From Carcharhinus longimanus (taxonomy: Eukaryota): DNA of 64,000 nucleotides. The DNA is taken from contig JASCQW010000190.1 in the NCBI GenBank assembly GCA_030264375.1, positions 24,335,223-24,399,222 on the forward strand, written 5' to 3'. Below the pieces are notes generated by a model that saw only the letters and a list, made by a program, of their open reading frames with translations, ran no database searches and was not told where the DNA came from. The position numbers and the translations under genes are program-made. This document shows, one piece after another, positions 24,501 to 39,500 of this stretch. Position 1 is the first letter of the stretch. Every line of letters begins with the position of its first letter.

Positions 24501-27500
24501 TATTCATGGCCAATCCACCTAACTACATCTTTGGACTGTGGGAGGAAATCAGAACATATGGGAAAAACCCACACAGACACAGGGAGAATGTGCAAACTTC
24601 ACAGTCACCCAAGATTGGAACTGAATCTGGATTCCTGGAGCTATGAGGCAGCATTGCTAATCACGGTGTCAGCGTACCACCCTATTGTGCCATGTGGCGT
24701 GTTTCCTGACAGCCATCATTTCTCAGCAAACTCCATAGTGTGACGACTGCACACAGGAGCAGCCTTTATATGTGGCAACCGGATCATTGAAACACAGATG
24801 ATGGTGGGGCAGGTGAATCAGATACCAGATATAGCATGGAACCCATGTCTGTTAATTTTTTTGACTTAAATGTTGCACAATAGTGTGGCAGAAAAGTCAA
24901 AAAACCATTGTTGTAGGTAGCTCAACTCTGCTTTTCCCATCCAACATTGGACTTTGCCAATATCAGAGATTATACCATTCTGTTTTCACTGCTATCATAT
25001 TTGGCACAACTGGATTTGTAACAGACACTGTAAACACAACAACATTTTCACTTCTTATTGCAATTTAGCAAATGTGATTTTAGTCTCTTCCAACTGCGAC
25101 ACACGGTCAAAATACTTCACTTTTTTAATTCAATTCTGAAAGATTGCTGTTCCAGATGACTTTACCTAGATGATCAGATAGTCAGTAGTTATTATAAAAT
25201 TTCTCACCAAGAAACACCACAAATTGTATAGCTAGACTTAGAAATACTAAGACTTTTCTATTTTGAGCTAAAAATCTGTCGTAATCATCTATACTTACAC
25301 TGTATAAGAGCAAGCAACAACAGTGATGACATTCCTGTGATGGTTGTTGAGAGCAGTAGAATACCACGTCGGCCAAACTTGTTCACAGTAAAATATAGGA
25401 AAAGGAGAGCCACACCTTCAGCACCAGCAGTGACAAAATAATTCAAGTAGAAACTGTGGTTATAACTAACGAGGCTTTGAGAAAAGCAGTGCTGAATTCC
25501 ACTGCCGATAAACCTAGAATGAAACAAATAAGGTTATATTCTCTCGGTGGACTCACTGTAATTGCTAACACACTAATCAGAATAGAAATTCAGGAGGAGG
25601 GTAAGTAGATGTGATAGCTGGTGGTAAGATGGTAATAAATAGGCATTTTTATTTTGTACAAACCAGTCATCTTTAAATCTCAGTGAAAATATGCACTAAT
25701 AATGCAATAAAGCAAAACTGTCTTCAGCATAGGATTTTAATTTCTTGAACAAGATTATGAGAAGCCATCTTTTATTTTCAGTAGAATTTCTTCCAGTCTT
25801 AATTATGAAACCGGTGAGTGCACTTCATTGTCCAACAGTCACCGTCATTCATTCTCCAGGCTTACACATGAAAAATGATTATTTGGGAAAATTATGATAC
25901 AAAGCTATCAACATCTGTAGAATCCACACCAGTAAAAGTCAGTAGACCATTAGAAGCAGAACTAGGCCATTTGGCCCCTCGAGTCTGCTCCGCCATTCAA
26001 TCATGGCTGATAAGTTTCACAACCCCATTCTCCTGCTTTTTCTCCATAATCCTTGATCCCTTTACCAATTTATCAATCAAGTATCTGTCTTAAATGCACT
26101 CAATGATCTGGCCTTCACAGCCTTCTGTGGTATTGAACTCAACGGATTCACCACCCTCTGGCTGAAGAAATTCCTCCTCATCTCAGTTCAGTCTCTTTAC
26201 TTGGAGGCTGTGCCCTCAGATCCCAGTCTCTCTCACTAATGGAAAGATCTTCCCCATGTGCATTCTATCCAGGCCTTTCATTATTCTGTCAGTTTCAATG
26301 AGAAGAGCAATAACAAATGACTTTGAAAAAGATCACCTTCGTGTTAAGGTAGAGGGCTCTAATAGTGCTAAATTAGAAAATAAAGATCATTGAAAAACAG
26401 ACGGCATAAAAGAAGAACTTAAAAGTATGCAAAACAGGACAGCAGTCAATATAAAAGATAGAGAAGTCTCATGCTACTTGTATCACCTAGGTCAAGTGGA
26501 CAGTCAGTAAGGGATTAAGCCAAGAAAGCGACCTTAATATCTGCTATGAGAGATGCTAAATAAATATTGTCACTGTACATATAAATGAAAGGGAAACACG
26601 CATACAAGGTAGAAGCAGGACTAGACCATTTGGCCTTTTGAGCCTCCTCTGCCATTCATTATGATCATGGCTGATTATCAAATTCAATACCCTTAACTGC
26701 CTTCCCTCTATATCCCTTGATCCTTCTAACCCCTGAATTCCTTTTTGAAATTAGCGTGTTGGCCTCAACTGCTTTATGTGGTACTGAATTCCAGAGATTC
26801 ACCACTCTCGGGACAAAGAAATTTCTCCTCAACTCAGTCCTAAAAGCTTTACCACTTATCCTCAAACAATGACCCTTAGTTCTGGATGCCCCAGAACACT
26901 CTTTCTGAATCTACCCCATCTAATCCATCCCCTTTCATTCTTCTAGACTCCAATGAATATAATCCTAATTGATTTAGCATGAACACAAGTTGCTACGACT
27001 TGATGAAATGCAAATTTTCTAAGCTACTTAAATGTAGAACACTCAAGGAATGAATTAGCAGAAGTGCCATTCTCCCAGAAGACCAGTGGGTGAAGGAACG
27101 TTACATTTTTGGGCGACTAAAGAGCCTTGCATCAGTAGTACAACTGTTAGAGAACACCTGAGACAGCATTAGGTTAGAAAGGGATGATCCATCAGGAACA
27201 CAACACTGCTTAGTAAAATGTATATATTAGTTAAATCATATAAATAAAATTACTTATTGTAGATTAAGATAAAACGATTATGCCAGGAATTTCAGAAGAA
27301 CATTTTTAAAATGATGCCATTTGAGTTCATGGTACCAGAAGGTAAAATAATAGCACGTCTCAAAGTTTAAAAAGCGGAGAACAGGGTAGATGGAGTATTT
27401 TGGATTCTTGTGCTTTAGCTAGTGGCATGTTGCATGAATCTATGCTGTGACCACTCCTCAAAATGAACTGGAGCTGTGCATTAGCAGAACGTCAAAATTT

Positions 27501-30500
27501 ATGCTATGATAGTTTCTTGCATGCAAGAAACTGCAGGGTGATGAACAGTTTAAAATTGTGGATACGTGAAATTAAATTACATATAGGATATCAACTTTGG
27601 CTTAACTATTTTCTCAGCTTAGTAATCAAATTCTTTGTATTCCTACATATAAAACTCAAAATTCGATTTTCCCATTTCTTTGGCCTTTTCCAACTGCATT
27701 TGTGTCTTTAAATATTTTGTATATTTGCACCACTGTTCCATTACTCATTGGCATCCTTCATCATGGCATGTCCCAGGAAGTTCGAAAGAAAATTGTAGTG
27801 GAATACAAAGGAAGAAAATTAGGCTTTTTTTTAAACTTCCCCATCACCATCAAGGACAAATAAATCACATTCATATAGCACCTTTCCTATCTTAGGACTT
27901 TCCAAAACACTGAAGTGCAATCACTATTAGGCATGGGCTCATATTCACTATTTTGTTTTGGCTACACATCTAATTCCCAACCAAGGAACTGCAGCTCAAT
28001 TGTATCTCAGCCACGGTTCCTAATAACAGCCAACCTTCCAACTTGAGTAGGGTTACATTCCATGAAACAATGTGTACTTTTGCATTTGCAAGAAACTACG
28101 TTAAAGCATTCAAATTCTTTTCACATATTCTCTTTAACCGTAGCCATGGTCTATCGCCCTCAATTTTTTGGCAGATTTTGATATGGTTAACTACACCATC
28201 CTTCTCTAATTCTTGTCTTCTGTTGTCTATTTTGGCAGAGCTGACTTTGCTTAGCTGGGTTTATCCTATTTGGCTATAAGCTTATAGCCGGCGTGGTGGG
28301 CTGGTAAGATTGCATACAAGACCAGAAGTTGTGTTCACACCCTGTTTGTCGCTGCCAGAGTTCCCAGCCCTGTTCTGCTGGCAGGATTGGTTTTGTGCCC
28401 AGGAAGGGTACAAATGCTGACCCCTTGCTAGTGATAATAAAGGTTCTACATAAATGCAGATCACTATTACACCACATTAGAGATGCAAACTGATCAACGT
28501 ACATCCAAGATAGCAGGACAATGTTTCAACCATTTTCTGAAATAAAAAAAATGGACCTTGGAGTAGCAGAACAAGTTTATTACTAAACAGCTTTACTTAC
28601 GTGGTGAACCCCAATATTAAGATGTTCTTCCAAATAACTCGAGAGGTTGCCATATCACACAAAGTATACAGACGAGACTGTGTATATTCTCCAAACACGG
28701 AATCCATTTCTGTGGTTGAGGGTGGAAGAGGTGGGAAAGGAGGCAAAATTCTCAATCATGATCTTTAATACACTGAAGGATGATATGCATGCCATATTTT
28801 AAGATGCTCAGAACTTATTTTGAATAGTGTGTCCATTATAACCAAGATTATTAGGAGAAACTCAAAAAATTGCATTTGTTTTCTCTGGAGAGCAGGACAT
28901 TGAGGAGAAATGTGACATTGGTCTCCAAAGTGTTAAAAGTTTTGCCTGCATATTGACTAATTGTCCTCTAAAATAGTCCAGTAAGCATCACAGTCTTACA
29001 AAGGAACTAGTTTGGCCAATACGTATCAACCTTACCAGTGATGCTAATATCCTGAGAATAAACAAATTGCCCTTTACTGGCAACCACGCTTTTCCTTCCC
29101 ATTTGACATACTCTAACTTGTTTCCTAAATCCCATTGCTCCTGTCCCTTCAGAACCTCCGTAACACGTACATCTTTTAGCCAACCATCTTAATATTTGGT
29201 TCTTCAGCAGACAGTATGTGGAGATGCCGGCGTTGGACTGGGGTAAGCAGTCTCACAACGCCAGGCTAAAGTCCAACAGGTTTATTTGGTAGTACAAGCT
29301 TTCGGAGTCTCGCTCTGCTTACATTCACCTGAAGGAGCAAGACTCCGAATAANNNNNNNNNNNNNNNNNNNNNNNNNNNNNNNNNNNNNNNNNNNNNNNN
29401 NNNNNNNNNNNNNNNNNNNNNNNNNNNNNNNNNNNNNNNNNNNNNNNNNNNNAAGTCCAACAGGTTTATTTGGTAGTACAAGCTTTCGGAGTCTCGCTCT
29501 GCTGACATTCACCTGAAGGAGCAAGACTCCGAATAAACCAGTTGGACTTTAACCAGGTGTTGTGAGACTTCTTTTACAGTCTTTGACAGACAACAGTTAA
29601 CAGACTGATAACAGATTTAAAAAATAGACTTTTATTTATATTTCAAATTATGTTGCTCAAGCTTTCCACGTAGCCTCAAAAAATTCTATGAAATGCATTT
29701 TTCATGGAAGGATATTCGAAATATTAACCTGTCTTTGTCCTTCCTGCTGATTTGCTGCATTTCTAGAAGATTTTGTTTCAGATACACATGGATGAAATAG
29801 AATTGCAGATTGCAAGAATAAATTGATAATCACATAATAAACAGGGCATTACTGTGTGTCCTTGTAGAATAATGTAACCAGAAAATGTCCGTGGAAGACA
29901 TTAGCATAGGTCTGAATTGTGGCGATTCAAGGGTGGTGGGAGGAGTACAGGTTTCGATGACTTGCCAGTTTATACAGAACTTCCTACGTGTAGTTAAGTG
30001 GAAAAACAAAATGCACTTTAGGAAACAGACTTGGTGGACTTGTTCTGTACACACCGTTAAAACACTGTTGAAACTCAATTACTTCACCATCCCAAATCAT
30101 GGTGGGTCACCTACCATTAAATACATTGCAGGGAGTGTATAATTCATCATCCATGTTGACACCATTACCAGTTGCTATACCCCGCAGTATTTGCTTACAC
30201 CTCTCAATCTGTCTGGTTGCAAGAAGCCAGCGTGGAGACTCTGGAAATAAAGCTGGAGCACTGTAAATTGTTCAAAAATTAATTTAGTTCCATAAGTAGA
30301 CTAATAAAATGTTACTAAAAATTTCACTGATCCTACTGAAAAAGAAAACAATTCTCCCCCAAAGAAAGATTACAAAAGAAATCAAAAATATCTATTTGTG
30401 CAGTGTACGTACGCTGAACAGTTCATGCACCTTACCATTTTGGGAATTAAACTGGATGGGGATTTAAGGAGATTGAAAATTAAGTGGCTTTAAGGCACCT

Positions 30501-33500
30501 TCATTCCACTGAGTAGACTGAAATAACAATAGCTCTAACAGGAGAGATTTATGTTGCTTATTTGTGATAAGTATATTTAAGCCTGAAGTCCTGTCACATT
30601 GATATTTTCAGTCAGATAACAGCATTTCAGATGATTAATCCAGTAAATATGTCTTCAGAAGCTACCATGAAAACATTCATCCCAATTCTGATGCAAGTAC
30701 ACCACTAAAAGAGTTATCAGCTAGTTAAAGTTTTGTATCCAAGTCACCGAAAGTGTAAATTCCTACTCAGATGTCAGAAAGTTTTATTCATTCATGGGAT
30801 GCGAGCATTGCTGGCAAGACCAGCATTTACCATTTGCCCTCAATAAGATGGTAATGAGTGGCTTTGTTGAACTGCTGCAGTCCACTTGGTGTAGGTATAC
30901 CCACAGTCCTGTTAAGGATATTGACCCAGTTACAAGGAAGGAACTGTTACATTTCCAAGCCATGGTGTTGTTTAGCATGGAGGGAACTTCTAGGTGGTAG
31001 TCTTACTATGCATCTGCTGCCCTCGTCTTTTAAGATGACAATGATTGTGGGTTTGGAACGTACTGTCAATGAGCCTTGTTGAGTTCCTAGAAATTATAGG
31101 AATGTTTCTAGAAATTATGAAGACTCAACACAACAGGTTTCCAACAGGCTTTAAGTATTGCAGAACATTTTGTTAGGAGAGTTCTTTTAAAATGTAATGC
31201 TCATTTTGGAACATGATTGCTTTATGGATTAAATAATTTAAAAAGTTATTCTTACTGCAAATGAACCATATGTTTTCCACCAGAATCAGAGAATGGCCAC
31301 ATTTCCAACTATTCGTTTGGACAAGTAGAAAATCTGAAGAAACAGAACATCCCAGCTAATATTTGCAACTATATTCTAGGATGTGACATTACAAGTGTGG
31401 CACATTCCATAGATGACACAATGCCTGAAAGCCAAGTATCATACTTCTTGTCTTAAAGTGAAAAGTTTTAACTATCAACTTGGGAAAGGTTGGGGTGCAG
31501 GTAAGACAGTATAAAAAAAGTCATATGAATCCATACCCAGGGAACCCTTCCAATCCCCTTTTATTCCATCTCTTTAAAAAAGGAAGGGGTATTCCAATAT
31601 ATATTTTAATGAAATGATCATTCATATACAAACTGAAACAAAGTAGTATCCATAAATGTGTGCTCCTTTCAAGGCTCAGTCTTTGATCCAACACGATGCA
31701 AGTGCTGACACCTATGCAGCATGGGAGTGGGCAGTAGAAATAGGAAACCAAAATTCTGTAGAGAAATCCCTTCATTGCAATTCTAAAGATAGAGTTCCAA
31801 CATACTAGATAGCACTCAAAACAGTCCAGTATACACCAATAAGCAATCCATTGGCCCACAAATTTCCCTGAATGTGAAAACCTAAAAAAATCAACTTGGA
31901 GTTAGAATGGGCGACTTCAGAGTGTTCTGACTCAGTTAGTTGCACAGTATCTATGAAATGTTAGACAGGAAAAAAAAAGTCTAACTCCTGGGTGAATATA
32001 CAACCGACCAACCCTCCCATCCTGACACACTGATTCATTCGCCCGCCCCCCACCGATCAAACCTCAGCACCCTACCACCTACCACTCTTCTCATTCAGAC
32101 TCATTCACTAACACACTGAAAAGCTAAGATTCCAAAGTTTTTTAGTGCGATAGTGAATGAAGACTTAGCAAAATACATGTACTGGTATAAACAGTGGGTG
32201 TGCTTGTCTTCTCCTGATGATTCTGCAATATGAAGGATTTCCAGAACAGGCATGCTCTGCATTTCTGAAGAGGTCTGTTTCAGAAGTCCAGACCAGAAAT
32301 GCAGAGCTCCATCTCCATGTAAAGAAACAGGAGTGGAGAGACAATCCAATGGTCCAATGATTTGTGCATGTCAAATTGTGGATCTTGCAGTTCTAAAATC
32401 ACACTGCATTTTGGGGTTATGTTCAATCACGGTCTGCTGTCTGGCAAGGGAAACACAGGCAAATACTTCCTTCCTCAATACACCACTAGAAAAATTCACC
32501 AAAGGTATTGTTCCACCCACTTCTTAAACTGTTTCCTAGAGTCCGTGATGATGTCGTATTCCTGGTTTTCAACTAAGCCATTTTCTTTATTGATGGACCC
32601 ATTGTCTTTCTGGTTCCTTCACAACTGCCTCTGGTATTCTGTGTCGAAGATATCGGAACATGCTGGCAAATTTGGAACCAGCATTTATAGGTACATCACA
32701 TCATAATCTTCAGGTAGCACTTAGCAATTTAGAGTCTTCTTATTCACATATCTCTCACAAATAATCAGAGTGAACCATTTAGCTTCAGTGACAGGTTTTG
32801 TCACAATGATGCTAATGTCAAACCAGTCAGCACTTTTCTGCTCTTGCTTCTCAAATGTGGAGAGTACGATGTTGTTTCTAAATATGTTCCATTTTACTTC
32901 TGCATTCTGTTGGGGAATGCCAGAAAACATATGACTGGTTGATGAGGGCAGCATTTCCTCATTGAATGAAAAAATTTCAAGATTGCATCCTAACCCTGAT
33001 GCAAGGCAGGGACCAACTATATCACAGCTATTCTGTGATAGTTGTGTGTGTTGAGAATGTTATTTAGAGTCACATCTCGATCAGATCCAGCTGGTGCCAA
33101 TGCTCTGAATCTTGGATGTCTCTCCAGGATACTATTGCATAGTTTGTTCTGAAAGAAGGTCTTATTTACATAAAGTTTGTGGTAATGTGACATTAGTGCA
33201 CCTTTGAGATTTTTTTTTAAAAAAATCATGTTCTCGGCAGCTCTCAGTTTTGCCAAGTTGTCTATAGATGCCTTTTTATTGCTCCTTCAATGGTTTAATG
33301 GGGCTTGTTTATTTTTACTCTGGGTTGTTTTATGACCCTGCATTGTTAAGAGAAACGTCATGAGTTCGGGACAATTTTTTTCTTCCTACTGAATGTAAGT
33401 TTTCATTTTCTGTTTGGCTGCAGTGTTAGTTTTAGAAGGGACATCAAACTGAAAGCAGTGTCTTTCTCTCTCTCATCCTGATTTTGGAAATTTGGTTGGT

Positions 33501-36500
33501 TACTGAAAGCAAGATTTCTTGCCTTTCTAGAACAGAACATCTGTTGTTGATAACTTGACCAGAGTGTCTCCCTGGCATTCTGGGAAGCTGTTCTGACTTC
33601 AAACTGTTCTCAATGTATCCAGAGGCTGCTAGCAGTTACAAGGCTGAAAAGTCAGGATTTTTAATTCTCCAACCAAAGTATCAATTCCAGTATCACGTGA
33701 GCATTAGTCTTTGCTGTGTTAAACCTGTGTGTTTTGTGTATGGTTGATTGGAACATCTTAGGTATATTTGTTAAGGGTTATACATTATTGTGGCTGTTTT
33801 CTTTTGTAATTGATAAAAGTTAATTGCTAATTTTCTTTCCATACATGTTAACTATATTCTTAAATAAACTTTGTTTGATAAAAGCTCCCTAGTCGGTCAT
33901 TTGAATCATACTTAAGGTGAGGCATATCATGCTTGTCCTAGCCAAATTCAAGGTGCAAAACTTATGATCCAGGTGGGTTCCATAAAACACTTGAGTTTCT
34001 GACCTGAATCATAACAGTAGGAACAAAGCTCAATTAGTCTCTATTCATTCTCATTTATCTTTCTAAGGTAGCCATGGCTCATGGTCTGTGCCCACTCTTG
34101 TACTGAAATCTCACAGTAGGTAAATACGTTTTGATGACAGCAATGTCAAATTCCTCATAAGACTAGTCTTGTCTCTGCAGTCAAGCACAACATCGGAAGT
34201 AAACTGGCCAAGTTTGAATTAAGAGGTGGAAGGAGAGAACATTTTCTGAACTGTGGTCAGTTCTTTTATCAGAAGTTGCAAATTCCTTACTGTGCACCCT
34301 ATAACCTCCTCAGATTTTTCTTCTAAATATTTTCTCTGCCAGATGAATGGACAATTTTTTCCCCCCACCATGATCCACTCAGGAAGTTTGGTCGCTTGTC
34401 AGGAAGCTGCGTCAATGCTCACCAATAAAGTTTCATGCCGATCATGGCTGCCTTGTGCACATATATTGACCAGAGTTATTCCCTTAACTTCAACTCTCCC
34501 AAAGTATCCACAAGGCAATGGATTATTTAGCTATAGGTCAGACTTTTGTTCATAAATGTCAGGACATGTCTATAGGCTGGTAGGCCTGCAAGCCATATGC
34601 TGGAGATGGGGTGGGCAAAACTTCAAGGCTTCTTCTGAGGCTTTAGGCTTGTGCCATGAGGAACTTATATTAAGATACTGGCATTAGATGCAGTTCAGCA
34701 AAGATTGAGCCCTGGGATGAGAGAGATGTCCTACTATGACAAGCTGAGTAAACTTTATCTATATTATCTGGAGGTTAGAAGAGTGGGGAGCGATCTTATT
34801 GAAACATTCAAGATTAAGAAAGAGCTTGACAGGGTAGATACTGAGGCAATGTTCTCCCAGGCTGCAGAATCTGCACAACTTCAGGATAAGAGACCAATCA
34901 TTTTGTGGCAAGATGAGAAATTTCTTCAAAGGGTTTGAATATTTGGAATATTTCTGTACCTCAAAAAGTCCCTCACTGAATACTTCAAAGGCTGAGATAG
35001 GCAGGATTTTTGGTTTCTCAAGGAATCAGGAGATATGGGGGCAAACGAAGTGGAGAAATAATCCAAGATTAGGCACTATTATGTTGAAGATGGAACAAGC
35101 TTGACGAGCTGCATGATTTCCTTCTGCTTCTGTTATGTTCTAAACTCTTCCACATTTCCATTTCCTTTAAGACCTTCCTTAAATCCTCATTTCTCCATGC
35201 CTATTAATATCTCATGTTGTCTTTGCATTTGTTCTAGATTAGATGCCTGAAACAACAGCTGTTTTTTTCACATTAAGGCATCACATTAAAGAAAGCTGTG
35301 TTGAATGCATGACTCCACAAAAGCATAACAGCATAGCTGACAACATTAGTAGTCCTATCAAAACTTTTTAAACACAACTACAAGTGAAATTCAGCAGTTA
35401 GAATGAACTATCTATATATGAGAAAAATGCCTTTTTTAAAAAAAAATCACTACCTCAATGTTTCTAAAACAAAAATATCTTTGTACATTCAAAAGCTGTG
35501 CACTGTTCACCAAGGCTCCTTAGACAGCATCTTCTAAACTCACCATTGATATAAATCGAGGATAAAGGCAGCACTCATGGGAACATCACCACCTGCAAGT
35601 TTCCTTCAAGCCACTCACCAACCTGACTTGGAAATATGTTGCTGTTCCTTCACTGTAACTGGGTCAAAATGCTGGAACTTTCTCACTAACAGCAATGTGG
35701 GTGTACCTACAGTACGTGGACTGTGGCAGTTCAAGAAGGCAACTCTCCACTGCCTTCTCTCAGGCAATTAGGGATGGGCAATAATTGCTGGTCTAGCCTG
35801 CAATGCCCACATCCCAAGCATGATTTTTAAAAAGACTTCATGCCTGTAATATCCAGGGATATTATAAAGGAAAAATTTCTACAAATTTCCAAATTTGCAA
35901 CAGAACAGAGTTGGTAGGTTTATGCTAACTGAGTTTTCTAACACAGTAAAATGACTAACTTACTGTTAAAGCACTTACCACCAATAAATGAGGAGTAATA
36001 CGAAGGGGACAGTGACAACACCTTGTAAAACTCTCCAATCTTTGCATAATTCAACTAATCCTGGTAGCAATATCTCCCCTCCTACTGTGAAGAATCCAGC
36101 AATCATTGTGACTATCAATCGGTGTGGTGGGTCACACATCTCCAACCCTAGGTGGAAAATAAAGTTAATACTGGAAATTGAAAAATTCTAATATTTTGTG
36201 TTTCCAGCCTGACTAATCCTTTCTACAATTTAAAAGAAAAATGAGAATGAGAGAGAGAAAGAAAGAAGTGGCAAGCCTGGGGAATTTCACAAAGTGATTC
36301 TCAAGAATGGCACTGAAAAGGATGCGGACTAATTGAAGGCCAGAAAAAGCGGAGGTAGACTACAGTGAAACTAACAGAGTTTACTTTGGGGAGGTGGGGG
36401 TGCAGGGCATTGTAAAGCTGCAAAAGATTAAAGATCTAGAGATGAGCAAGGTGATGGATGAAAGGAAAAGGCTAATTTAGATCTTGTGGACTGGAATCCA

Positions 36501-39500
36501 ATACAGGGCAGTGAGGAAACAAGTACGAAAGGTAAGGGCTAAGCTATGAGCAGCTGAGTTTTGCATATGTTTGAATAGTGAAAGATGGCAAATCGGCAAG
36601 AAGAAAGGTAATGCAAGTGCTCTAAAGATCAAGGAAGACATCTATGGAAGATTTCAATGGCATATGGGGTGAGGTAGGGGCAACAGGCAGAGAAATGTTA
36701 TAAAAATAAAAGCAAATGGTCTTTGTAATGGGTAAAATGAGATGCTGAGGTTGAAAAGTAATTGGCTGAGTCAAAATGGGTGGAATTTTCTCTTTTTTAT
36801 TTGTAGAGTATGGCACTAGGCAGAAATATGGCACGGAAGCCACGGGCCCCAATGGCGGCTTCCATTGCCATATTGCTTGCAAAGAGATAAAAGGAAATCC
36901 GAGGGCTGGCCCCACAACGGCATGCAGGCAGCAACTTAGGTTTTAATCAGGAATAGAGGCCTGATTATTACATTTAAGTATATTCTAATACTGTTAGGAT
37001 TCCCGTTACATTATGGAAGCAGGAGAGGGGGAGAGAGACAATCACTATGATACTGTCTACACTTGCTGCTGTCTCAAAAAAGCAGCGTGCATTATAAGGA
37101 CTTCTTGCACCCCAGACATTCTCTCTTCCACCTTCTTTTATCGGGAAAAAAGTACAAAAGTTAGAGGTCACATACCAACTGACTCAAGGAACAGTTTTTT
37201 CCCTACTGCCATCAGACTTTTGAATGGACCTACTTCGTATTTAGTTGAGCTTTTTTTTTACACCTAGCTATGACTTACATAGTTGTTATTTACATCCTGT
37301 TGCTTCTCTTTCCCTTCTCTACGAACAGTATGCTGCACTGTACAGCACACAAGAAACAATACTTTTCACTGTATACTAATACATGTGACAATAATAAAAT
37401 CAATATGTTCATCTACCACAATTGCCCACACAAGTCTAGAAGTTAGGCAGAAATCAAAAGGGGTACATACCGTTAATTGTGTTCAGAGATTGTTCTGTAA
37501 CAAAGGGAAACTCAAGTTGCCAGATTAGAAATGAAACTAACATTATTAATTACTGAGAAAGGCAGTGAAAAAGTAATAGGAAATGCAACTTAGATCAAGC
37601 CAGAGTAAAAAGTAGCCAATTTCAGCAACTTGCATTAGGTTTAATGTCAAAATTAAGCACACGAAAGAGAACCTCTCTATTAAAATGAAGTAGTTGAGTA
37701 TTTTGGCTTTTTTGAAGTCTCAACTTGATATCATTTGATTTGATTTATTGTTACATGTATTAGTATACAGTGAAAAGTATTGTTTCTTGTGCACTATACA
37801 GACAAAGCATACCGTGCANNNNNNNNNNNNNNNNNNNNNNNNNNNNNNNNNNNNNNNNNNNNNNNNNNNNNNNNNNNNNNNNNNNNNNNNNNNNNNNNNN
37901 NNNNNNNNNNNNNNNNNNTGGGGTCCTTAATTATGTTGGCTGCTTTTCTGAGGCAGCGAGAAGTGTAGACAGTGTCAAAGGGTGGGAGGCTGGACTGGGC
38001 TTCGTTCATGGCTCTTTGTAATTTCTTGTGATCTTGGATAGAGTAGGAGATATACCAAGCTGTGATATAACCAGAAAGAATGCTTTCAATGGTGCATCTG
38101 TAAAAATTGGTGAGAGTCATAGTGGACATACCAAATTTCCTTAGTCTTCTGAGAAAATAGAAGCATTGGTGGGCTTTCTTAACTATAGTGTTGGCATGGG
38201 GAACCAGGACAGGTTATTGGTGGCGTGGCACAACTCAAAGTCAGTCAGACACTTTGGGGTGGGGGAGTAGGTGGGGTAAATGGTCTTGAGGATTATTTAA
38301 GTAAAATATTGTTGCACTCAAGTTCAGGTGTGTATAAATGATTGAATCTTGTTACCTTTAAATAATTTAATCACCATGATGGCCTGAGGTCAGCCACAGG
38401 CAGCATTTTCTTAACAGATCCTGAACTCAATTAGAAGTCATATTGGCTCTTTTGATGCAACCCAAAGTCAGGAAATATTTATTGTTAATGGGAAATGGTT
38501 CTCTACATATTGAAATTGGCTGGTTTAGAATCATACAATCCTATAGTGCAGGAGGTCATTTAGCCCATCGAGTCTGCACTGACCACAATTCCACCCAGGC
38601 CCTAACCCTGTAACCCCATATATTTACTCTAGCTAATCTCCCAAGGGGCAATTTAGCATGGCCAATCCACCTAACCGGCTCATCTTTGGACTGTGGGAGG
38701 AGACCAGAGCGCCCAGGGGAAACCCACGAGCACACGGGGAGAATGTTCAAACTCCACACAGGCAGTGACCCAAGCAAAAAACTTCTTACAGTGTGGAACA
38801 GAAATTTGTATGCGTGATACCTGTAAATATATGATCATAACTCAGGAAAGACACTGATGAACATGGATACTTAGAATCTTACATAGTTGTTATTTACATT
38901 GGAAAATACAAGTTCAAGTATTTAATCCTTCATAACCAATCCTAATACCACGGTAAACCCACCCTCTTTTGATTTCTCCTCTCTTCTTTTAATCTATTCA
39001 AGCACATCAAAATGGGCTCGCTTCAGCCACTAACTTTGGTAGAGCATTTGATAGCGCCACAACCTCCAAGGTTTTTCCTTCAATCCACCCTAAATCTCTT
39101 GCATTTTATTTTAAATCTAGATTTCTTCAATTCTGGGCCCAATCATCAGAAGCTTTGATTCTGTTTACCCTACTCCATCAATTAGTTTAAAATGCCATCA
39201 AATCAACTTATAATCTCCTTGGTTCAAACGAAAACAGCCCAATTTAAGTGGATATGTTAGTTTTTTTCCAAATAATATGGAGTATTAAGAAATCCCACTT
39301 ATCTTCAGCAATAAAAGATATTCTTTTAACTCAAAGGCTCCACCAATTTGCTTGATGGATTTCAAGACCCCACCCTCCATTTTTTTCATAACTTGGTGAT
39401 ATTCACAAAAAAAATCTCACTTCCTACATTTCCAATTAATTTGTACTAAGCCAACTGAAAAAAAATTATCTTGTGCACTGTGTTCGCATTTGCTGTTTTT

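Noticed and set aside
29268-29535. Direct repeat resembling a CRISPR or tandem array
   Set aside because: The same sequence is duplicated on both sides of a 100-N gap (unmerged contig overlap); eukaryotic context with no spacers or cas genes.
31521-31859. 112-aa hydrophobic minus-strand ORF as a possible extra transporter exon
   Set aside because: Exons 4 and 5 already join in frame and the peptide has no SLC22 similarity.
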